Positions 22,101-28,475 of a stretch of 64,000 nt of DNA are shown piece by piece. The position numbers and the translations under genes were made by a program. Every line of letters begins with the position of its first letter. Positions within the stretch are counted from its first letter, which is position 1. Source of the DNA: a virus (taxonomy: Duplodnaviria > Caudoviricetes); the IMG/VR virus record IMGVR_UViG_3300044216_005818, positions 1,145 through 65,144 of that record; one strand, given 5' to 3'. The notes below the pieces were generated by a model. The model was not told where the DNA came from and did no database searches. It saw only the letters and a program-made list of their open reading frames with translations.

Positions 22101-22609
22101 AACCTTTTGCTAAAAAGAAAGGATTTGAAATTTATGGTTCTGTACCTACCAGATTTACTAAAGAACCAGATTTTAAATCTGCTTTAAACACCAAATACAC
22201 AATCGATACAGCCGAAGGCGATGAAACTAAAACTTTAGCCCAATGGTTAGATAGGGTTAATAGTATTCCTAAAACTGATCGTTTAAAAATGAATATTGAA
22301 GAAACTGACTCTATTAAAGATGTTGGTGCACTAAGTAAACAAGTATATTTTGCTGTATTTGGTGGTGAAAATGTAGACTCATTATTTAGTAGTGAACAAG
22401 AAGTTAATAAAGCAATCCAAGGAGCTACTACATACTTAGCAACAGAAAAGTTAGGCGACGCAATACTAGATGTGTTAGATTCACCTATGGGTTCTGTTAA
22501 TGATCACGAAGGTGTAGTTATACGTGATGATAAAATTTCACCTAGACCATTTAAAGTTACAGGTAAATTTATAACCGGAGGTGTATCCTCAGATTTTCAG
22601 AAAAAATGA
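19160..22609 (+). CDS. Multidomain protein: N-terminal HxGH cytidylyltransferase-like domain, HExxH zincin-like domain, basic modules, C-terminal ligase-type nucleotidyltransferase-like domain
   Basis: GGFKPPHLGH and ISGTRMR; VRHELEH; KIDGVN...NMEY...HEGVVIR...FKVTG. Confidence 0.7.
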   Translation: MKVALLPGGFKPPHLGHYNMAKYLADFADNVIVRIGSKEREGIGPRLALEIFNYYKASDPDPRAQKLTISLAQAASPVRDVYDFVEKIAPEGSELILGIGEKDAKDGRYNSIPKFAEPRNIKAKIELVPPQAGGISGTRMREIIKNNNKEEFFKFIPEFLPEEIKEEIWTKLLDTTMPTDIDEMMGGTMNQQEMNKHMANMKKLRKFFSKQGDQMTQIPTNLTKGLRRKLYEGRYDAETLIISRFIIDMFKDEFGKNYEDDFEEIGKLRRSDKKEDTAVSYDLELYFYPTDFDKLGPNPFIVNAGADDESMFIQINYQPDMFPKAYNDLIAEIKDSVRHELEHIGQFHFDKGVKGDLEKDEKDLPTFEYLTLDYEIPAHVMGIYKNAKTRKISFTQALQDFIDSKAEELSNDQEDKITQIYTDYARKHLPAAKLDEGDTYEKMAAKGKKAGNLKQGTVRKRLNIPKGEKIPLSLINKELARLRKMEKRSAKNQKYYKALTLAKTLKTTTHKENIDPEAQRKHKGKSAPYGSAYEPVKEGDPKVGTGKKPKGSGRRLYTDEDPTDTVKVKFSTRQDIVNTLSKKSFKAKSHARQSQIINLIHQRVRAALSRAKDPAVKKRLRSAFEYIKKRKEASKRKTQRLKKEGMYPPYKANQVQQTRYKASDTFTRDPKKSKKLGYLEEIGIDLSNYSGQILPGDVLRAPKGFPLGGKKLEKSKVVKVIKNSREGVNRYKLSVEDKDGKRYTVRNFEMDGEYKGKKLPKFGLIRKSKKNIDEMKLFSQEWWFDVIAEEILYEGGAAGHMAHPFDLPNVKTGKDLIKSFEQAADSLKKAPGSVKIDGVNASIRLINLDGKRIFAMDRGSKKALDLRGVTKADLEDRFGAGHGMIKAGGNVLDIFNDALPSIQEELRALGLIDDPNIMFNMEYVSGKSNVQDYGKNFLAIHGLLKVETKEVQGARKMLTKRVTSEKLYDKADLEELLKKLEPFAKKKGFEIYGSVPTRFTKEPDFKSALNTKYTIDTAEGDETKTLAQWLDRVNSIPKTDRLKMNIEETDSIKDVGALSKQVYFAVFGGENVDSLFSSEQEVNKAIQGATTYLATEKLGDAILDVLDSPMGSVNDHEGVVIRDDKISPRPFKVTGKFITGGVSSDFQKK

Positions 22610-22941
22610 AATTAAAAGATATATTAAACGAAATTACTATTAGTCGTAACATTGAAATCGACATTGTAGGTAATGATATTATGATAAAACAAGGTGACCG
22701 TGTAAATGGTAAACTTGTTAGTATTAGTATAGCCTATGTAGGAATGTCAGATCGCATTTATAGAGGCTATTTATTTGTAGATGATGGTGGATCTAGACCA
22801 CAACAAATAAACCTTGATGGTGGTGAAAGAGGATTATTTGAATTTTATGATGCTGTAGGTGCTGGAAGAGGAGCCCAAGCAAGAGAGTTTTTTGAAAAAT
22901 ATGGCGTTGAAATAAGGGCCACAGAATTTGATGTAAGTTAA
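22606..22941 (+). CDS. Hypothetical protein with MKLKDILNE leader (putative head-internal protein)
   Basis: Leader is almost identical to that of 46500..46856. Confidence 0.65.
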   Translation: MKLKDILNEITISRNIEIDIVGNDIMIKQGDRVNGKLVSISIAYVGMSDRIYRGYLFVDDGGSRPQQINLDGGERGLFEFYDAVGAGRGAQAREFFEKYGVEIRATEFDVS

Positions 22942-22946
22942 AAGTT

Positions 22947-23516
22947 ATGCTAAATAAAGAATTTAAAAGAAAAGATGTAGAACGTATGCGTAACCTTATT
23001 AAAGGTAAAACAGGCGAATCTGCTGAGTTGCAAGTTGGTTATACTGCAAAAAAAAAAGATTATAAAGAAGGAGATATCTGGGAAGAAGGGGGTAAAAGAT
23101 GGACTATTAAAGATGGTATAAAACAAACTTATACTAAACTTGATAGAGTTAAAAAAGAAGCTATTTTGCCTTTATTCTGCCCTAATTGTGGCTCTTTAAT
23201 GAAAAAGCGTTTAGATGCTAAAATGTATAAAATACATAAGACATGTTTTGATTGTGTAGTTGAAATGGAAGCTAAATTAAAACGTGAAGGTAAATATGAA
23301 GAGTATGAGCGTAAAATGATGATAGATAATGCTAAAGATATGGTAAACGATTATGAAACATATCTTTTAGAAGCTATAAATACATCAAATACTCAATATG
23401 TATCTGAAAGAGGTGAAGTAGAAAGATGGAAAGGAGGGGTAGATAAAGAAAAACTTACTAAAGAAATTAAAGAAGCAGTTTCAGAATTTAAAGAAAAACT
23501 AGAAGAAAATGATTAA
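22947..23516 (+). CDS. Hypothetical Zn-finger protein
   Basis: CPNC...CFDC motif and helical C-terminus. Confidence 0.65.
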   Translation: MLNKEFKRKDVERMRNLIKGKTGESAELQVGYTAKKKDYKEGDIWEEGGKRWTIKDGIKQTYTKLDRVKKEAILPLFCPNCGSLMKKRLDAKMYKIHKTCFDCVVEMEAKLKREGKYEEYERKMMIDNAKDMVNDYETYLLEAINTSNTQYVSERGEVERWKGGVDKEKLTKEIKEAVSEFKEKLEEND

Positions 23517-24384
23517 ATTGCGAGAACTTTTATTCGGCAAACCCGATTGTGATTGTGGTTGTGATGATTGTAATGGTACTAAACTTAATGAAGGAGTTAA
23601 AGTATCTGAAAATTTACAATACCATTTAGATAATAAAATCCCATTAGGTGAGTCAATTTTTAGAATTAGCTCTAACGCCCATGTTAAATTATTCGCAGAA
23701 ACCCGAAAACTATGGGAAGCTGGTAAAATGCAATTATCTGAAGCAGATGAATACTACATGCACACAGATGCTGGTCGTCAAGGAATGTATGGGGGTAAAT
23801 TAGTACCCCTTGATTTGCCATATATTATGGAAAGTAGTAGTGGTCCATTTGTATCTAAACACCCTTGGGCATATGGTCCTGATGATGAGTTTGGTAGGTT
23901 TACTTACTCAGATGAAATGGAATCTTTAGCTAAAATAGTAGCCGATAAAATGGGTGGAGAAGTAGAAGGATATGGTATAGAGGACGGTGAAATCATTGTT
24001 GCTACTAATGGTATGGAGTATATAGTTGATCGTCAAGGAAATGTTAAACCAAATAGTGAACGCCCTTCGTTTACTGGTCTTCCGTTTACTGAAGCTAAAA
24101 AACCAAAAAAGAAAAACCCACCATTAAATAAACCAAAACGAGGGGGTCCTAAGGCATATTATGTTTATGTAAGAGACCCTAGAACTAAAAAAGTTAAAAA
24201 AGTTACATTTGGTTCAGGTGGTTTAAAAGCAAAATTAGGAAATAAAGAAGCATCACAAGCATTTGCAAAAAGACATGATTGTAAAAATAAAAAAGATAGG
24301 ACTAAAGCTAGTTACTGGAGTTGCAACCTTCCTAGATATCATAAGCAGTTGGGTCTTGCAACACCTGCCTCAACTTTCTGGTAA
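23509..24384 (+). CDS. Modular putative head-internal protein with basic, Cys/His-containing C-terminal module
   Basis: MIKLRELL leader; C-terminal KKVKKVTFG...AKRHDC...ASYWSC module. Confidence 0.65.
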   Translation: MIKLRELLFGKPDCDCGCDDCNGTKLNEGVKVSENLQYHLDNKIPLGESIFRISSNAHVKLFAETRKLWEAGKMQLSEADEYYMHTDAGRQGMYGGKLVPLDLPYIMESSSGPFVSKHPWAYGPDDEFGRFTYSDEMESLAKIVADKMGGEVEGYGIEDGEIIVATNGMEYIVDRQGNVKPNSERPSFTGLPFTEAKKPKKKNPPLNKPKRGGPKAYYVYVRDPRTKKVKKVTFGSGGLKAKLGNKEASQAFAKRHDCKNKKDRTKASYWSCNLPRYHKQLGLATPASTFW

Positions 24385-24664
24385 ACCCTATACTGATATA
24401 ATAGAAGCGGACGGCACAACAAGTCGTCTGTTTTCTACTTTAACTAAACCAGAAGCCCTAAAATGGCATATGGATGATGAGGATAGAACCATTACAGTTC
24501 TTAATAAAACTAATTGGCAATTTCAATTTGAAGATCAATTACCCGTTTCTTTAAATAAGCCTATATTTATTGAGAGACATCAATGGCATCGTCTTATAAA
24601 AGGAGACGGTCCTTTAATGATTAGTATCTATAAACATGCAAGAACGCAAACTAACAAAACCTGA
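24263..24664 (+). CDS. Small cupin-like protein; true start uncertain
   Basis: KWHMDDEDR...FIERHQWHRLIKG fits a two-motif cupin metal site. The N-terminal ~39 codons overlap the upstream gene. Confidence 0.55.
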   Translation: MQKDMIVKIKKIGLKLVTGVATFLDIISSWVLQHLPQLSGKPYTDIIEADGTTSRLFSTLTKPEALKWHMDDEDRTITVLNKTNWQFQFEDQLPVSLNKPIFIERHQWHRLIKGDGPLMISIYKHARTQTNKT

Positions 24665-25397
24665 AGCTAAAGCTAAAGAGCGTATAGTAAAAGATTTAAA
24701 GGGAGCTAAGGCTGACTTTAAAAAACGCTATGGTAAAGATGCTAAAGCCGTTATGTATGCTACTGCTACTAAACGTGCTAAAAAAATAGCCGAAACAGAC
24801 TGTGGTTGTGGTAAAAAAGGCCAATGTGAAAGTCTTAAAACTAATGCTGTTATTAATGAGTTAATTGAAGATTTAGTTTACGAAGAATTATGTAAACGTG
24901 GTAAAGCTTACATAGCTGCTCGTAAAAGAGCGGGAGAAAAATCATCTGCATATCTATCTGGACGCGCTGTAAAAGTATGCAAAGGACAAATTAAAGGTGC
25001 AGGAGGTAAAAGAAAAAAATCTTATAAAAATGAATCCCTATATAACCAACTTAAACCACAAGTATTAAATCATTTAGAAGAATTATTTAATGATCCTCAT
25101 TTTGCGATAATTGCAGAATATAATGTTGAAGAGGCTAATATAGATGAAAGTTTAAGAAACTGGTTTAAAAGAGAAAATTGGGTTCGTATTGATACCCAGG
25201 GAAATATAGCAGGTAAGTGTGGTACAATGCCTAAGGGTAAAGCAACACAACGTTGCTTACCTAGAGCTAAAGCAAAATCACTTACTAAAGCCCAACGCAG
25301 AGCTACAGCTAGAAAAAAAGTTAGAGGTAGTAAAAAAGGAAAACAATTTGTTAGAAATACTAAAAAAGCTAAAGTTAGCTTTAAAAAGAAAAAATAA
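24636..25397 (+). CDS. Basic modular putative head-internal protein
   Basis: K/R-rich modules separated by x-x-E junctions; LCKRG...AVKVCKG module is paralogous to 27274..27525. Confidence 0.65.
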   Translation: MQERKLTKPEAKAKERIVKDLKGAKADFKKRYGKDAKAVMYATATKRAKKIAETDCGCGKKGQCESLKTNAVINELIEDLVYEELCKRGKAYIAARKRAGEKSSAYLSGRAVKVCKGQIKGAGGKRKKSYKNESLYNQLKPQVLNHLEELFNDPHFAIIAEYNVEEANIDESLRNWFKRENWVRIDTQGNIAGKCGTMPKGKATQRCLPRAKAKSLTKAQRRATARKKVRGSKKGKQFVRNTKKAKVSFKKKK

Positions 25398-25399
25398 TT

Positions 25400-25714
25400 A
25401 TGGCAAGAAAAGTAAATGCAAAAACCCAAATTAAAAAACTTCTTGATAAAACTGAAGTTGATGAAAAGTTATTAGGCAAAATAAAAGAGGCCTTAGAAAA
25501 AACAGACGTTGATGATAAAATTTTAGACGCTTATACTGACGCTAAAGAATCTGGTTTACTAGATAAAATTAAGTGCTATATAAAGTGTTATGGAGGATAT
25601 GTATTAGCGGTAGGAGCTGGTTGTTTATTTGGAGTTAATGTTTGGTGGGGCTTAGGTTTCCTAGTCGCAGCAGGTGTTTGGGCAAATAAAGTAACAGCTT
25701 GTCCTTTAAAATAA
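25400..25714 (+). CDS. Small membrane protein (holin candidate)
   Basis: Charged N-terminus and a C-terminal hydrophobic hairpin (GGYVLAVGAGCLFG / VWWGLGFLVAAGVWA). Confidence 0.5.
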   Translation: MARKVNAKTQIKKLLDKTEVDEKLLGKIKEALEKTDVDDKILDAYTDAKESGLLDKIKCYIKCYGGYVLAVGAGCLFGVNVWWGLGFLVAAGVWANKVTACPLK

Positions 25715-25723
25715 TATAATAAC

Positions 25724-27274
25724 ATGGATTTTTTAGACGAAGCAGTATATAATATAAAAAAAGGTGCCATGCCACCTGATCCTGAATCATTAGATAAGGA
25801 TGATGTTGTAAACATTGGTGAAAAAAAATTAGACCCTGTTGGTAAAGAAGACGATGACATTAATAATGATGGAAAAGTAAATAGTACTGATAAGTACTTA
25901 GCTAATAAAAGAAAGGCAATAGCTAAAGCTCTTTTAAAGTCTAAAAAAACCATTAAAAAAGAAGATCTTGAAGAAGGTAAGTTATCTAATGCTTTAGGTG
26001 GTGCTGCTATGCTTGCAAGTTTATTATTAATAGGTAAACTTAATTCAAACGATAAAGTAGTACAACGTTTAAAAGCCGAATATGAACAAGCAGAACCAGC
26101 TCAAAAAGATTCTATTCAAAATCTATTAACTAAAAGATTAATATTTTTAGATACGGGAGAGTTTGATGATTCTACCCCTATGGATGAAAATGTTGCTTTA
26201 AAAGGATTAGATGCCGTAGGAGGATTTATAGCTAGGGGATTAAGTAAACTTACCTCTTCAGAAAAAATTAAACTTACAGGAGTTATAGATGCCCTTGATA
26301 AACTTATTGATATACCTGATATCCCTGATGATAAAAAAACGTTTTTAAAAAACACTATCAAGGATTTAGAAGCAGGGAAGGAAAGTCCTTTTAAAGGAGA
26401 TAAAAAAAAAGAAAAAGAATTTTTTGATTTTTTAGATAAAACCTCTATTTCTAAAGAAGAAAAAGAAGCTATTATGAAACAAAATAATAATCTTAAAAGT
26501 AAAGAACAAATTAAAGGAACCGGAGGCAAAACTTTAGTAGACCCATCTGGTAAGCCTATTACACGAGCTGATATGAAAGAAGATAAAAAAGAAGAATTTA
26601 ACTATAAGGCTCCTAAAGATAAAGATAAGGATGATATTAAAATAGATCCTGATACCCAATTTAAAGTTGATTTAAAACACCTTATTCAAAAACACATGAT
26701 GGAAGGTAAGTCTAAAGAAGATGTAATCAAACTTACTAAAAAATTAATGGCTAAACTTCATAATAAAGGTGAAGTTAAAATCGATGGTACTACACTTATA
26801 TTTAAAGAAGCTGATGTCCCTCAAGATACACAACTAGCCCTTCCAGAACCACCTAAACGTACAGCAAACTTTTTAGGTCCTGATAATATGGATTATGAGG
26901 GGGGAATGGCAAAATCACAAATGCTTAAAATGAAAAATTATGCTAAAGCATTATGTGATATGATTGATGATGAAACACAATTAGAGTCATGGGTCCAAGC
27001 TAAACTAACTAAAGCTTCTGATTATATGTCTTCAGTTTACCATTATTTAGATTATCAACGCACTAAAAATGTAAATGAAGCAATGATTAGTGGTAAAAAA
27101 GTTGATCCTAGAAGTTTAGAAGGTGAAGACAATATGTTTACTTATGCCGAATTTATGGATGGTACTAAATTAACTGATGATGAATTAGATCAATTAACTG
27201 ATGATGGTGATATGCTATATAGTTACTTTGGTCCTGGTGGTGTAGGACATGTCCCTAGAAGTGATTTTATGTAA
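25724..27274 (+). CDS. Modular putative head-internal protein
   Basis: DDDINNDGKVNSTDKYL is an EF-hand/dockerin-like loop; DYEGGMAKSQ...WVQAKLTKASDY helical module; many x-x-E junctions. Confidence 0.65.
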   Translation: MDFLDEAVYNIKKGAMPPDPESLDKDDVVNIGEKKLDPVGKEDDDINNDGKVNSTDKYLANKRKAIAKALLKSKKTIKKEDLEEGKLSNALGGAAMLASLLLIGKLNSNDKVVQRLKAEYEQAEPAQKDSIQNLLTKRLIFLDTGEFDDSTPMDENVALKGLDAVGGFIARGLSKLTSSEKIKLTGVIDALDKLIDIPDIPDDKKTFLKNTIKDLEAGKESPFKGDKKKEKEFFDFLDKTSISKEEKEAIMKQNNNLKSKEQIKGTGGKTLVDPSGKPITRADMKEDKKEEFNYKAPKDKDKDDIKIDPDTQFKVDLKHLIQKHMMEGKSKEDVIKLTKKLMAKLHNKGEVKIDGTTLIFKEADVPQDTQLALPEPPKRTANFLGPDNMDYEGGMAKSQMLKMKNYAKALCDMIDDETQLESWVQAKLTKASDYMSSVYHYLDYQRTKNVNEAMISGKKVDPRSLEGEDNMFTYAEFMDGTKLTDDELDQLTDDGDMLYSYFGPGGVGHVPRSDFM

Positions 27275-27525
27275 TGCAACCCTTAATTAGAGAATATATT
27301 AGACAATATTTAGAAGAAGCACTATGTAAAAGAGGATATGCTTATATAGCTAAAAGAAAACGACAAGGTGAAAAACATAATCCGTTTTTAATGGCTAGAG
27401 CAGTTAAAGTATGTAAAGGACAAATAAAAGGAGTAGGAGGTAAACAGAAAAAAGATTTTAGACCAGGTAAAGGTAAAAAAAGATCAGCACAAGGTAGAAA
27501 ACCAGATATAGTATCTAATAAATGA
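27274..27525 (+). CDS. Small basic protein, paralogue of a module in 24636..25397
   Basis: LCKRGYAYIAKRKRQGEK...RAVKVCKGQIKG. Confidence 0.65.
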   Translation: MQPLIREYIRQYLEEALCKRGYAYIAKRKRQGEKHNPFLMARAVKVCKGQIKGVGGKQKKDFRPGKGKKRSAQGRKPDIVSNK

Positions 27526-27962
27526 ATAAATTAACTGAACAACGGCTAAGACGTAAAATACGTCAAATAATAAGAGAGGAACGTGAATATCAACTTCGCC
27601 AATTATCTCCTGGGGCACATAGTGCTTTAGGACAAGATACTTTAGGTATTCCTCCTTCAGCTGTAGTTGATGTTAAAATTATTAAAGCACCAAAACCAGT
27701 TTTTAAATGTTTTTTAGACAATGGCCAATCATTTAATTTAATTGATAATGGTGAATATATGCAAGCTGATATTAATCGTATTTTATTTGATTTAGATAGA
27801 ACAGATGACATTAAGGGCGCAAAATATGAGCTTGAAAAATTAATGCAAAAAGGTAGCATTAAAAAAGACGATGAAGAAACTGAAACAGATATATCAGCAG
27901 CTGAACCAGACACACCTGCTGCAGAACCCGCAGACGAACCAGTAGATGAACCCGAAGTATAA
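27522..27962 (+). CDS. Hypothetical protein with acidic tail
   Basis: LRRKIRQIIREE leader; ATGA-type coupling. Confidence 0.6.
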   Translation: MNKLTEQRLRRKIRQIIREEREYQLRQLSPGAHSALGQDTLGIPPSAVVDVKIIKAPKPVFKCFLDNGQSFNLIDNGEYMQADINRILFDLDRTDDIKGAKYELEKLMQKGSIKKDDEETETDISAAEPDTPAAEPADEPVDEPEV

Positions 27963-28357
27963 TGAATAATAATCCAGAATTTAAACAAGCCCTAATGGGT
28001 ATTTATAAGGACGGGTGTAAAAAATTCAATATCCGAAACACCCCCATAGTAATACTCCGCAAAGATGCCGAAAATGGGGCAATGACTTTAGGTCGTACTG
28101 CTTATTATGATCCTTCTGAATTAAAAATAGTATTATATATTACAGGACGTCATCCTAAAGATATACTTAGATCATTTGCTCATGAATTAATCCACCACGT
28201 TCAAAATGAAAGGGGTGATTTACACTTAGGGGACTCAAGCGATCCCCAATATGCCCAAAACGACGAACATCTTCGCAAAATGGAAAAAGAAGCATATTTA
28301 CAAGGAAATTTATTAATGAGAGATTTTGAAGATAATTTTAAGTATCAACAAGAATAA
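27962..28357 (+). CDS. Zincin-like metallopeptidase-family protein
   Basis: LGRTAYY...ILRSFAHELIHHVQ...MEKEAY: HExxH plus downstream Glu. Confidence 0.6.
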   Translation: MNNNPEFKQALMGIYKDGCKKFNIRNTPIVILRKDAENGAMTLGRTAYYDPSELKIVLYITGRHPKDILRSFAHELIHHVQNERGDLHLGDSSDPQYAQNDEHLRKMEKEAYLQGNLLMRDFEDNFKYQQE

Positions 28358-28415
28358 TATATGTAACAACGTATAGACTGATTCATAGCCAGTCGAAAAA
28401 ATTAGAACTGAGAGC

Positions 28416-28448
28416 TGTGGCCTCCATTTGGAGGCCACACTTTATTTT
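28416..28448 (+). terminator. Intrinsic terminator-like hairpin
   Basis: TGTGGCCTCCA-TT-TGGAGGCCACA perfect 11-bp inverted repeat followed by CTTTATTTT. Confidence 0.7.
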
Positions 28449-28458
28449 CGTATATTTA
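28427..28458 (+). promoter_or_regulatory. Bacteroidota-type sigma70 promoter for the FAD-oxidoreductase unit
   Basis: TTTG (28427-28430), 20-nt spacer, TATATTTA (28451-28458). Confidence 0.65.
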
Positions 28459-28475
28459 ATAGTTAAGATTAAGCA

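Noticed and set aside
24880-27480. Duplicated module as a DGR template/variable repeat pair
   Set aside because: Differences affect all bases, not only adenines; no reverse transcriptase in the window.
28358-28475. tRNA gene in the intergenic gap
   Set aside because: No cloverleaf, T-loop (GTTCRA) or acceptor stem could be formed.
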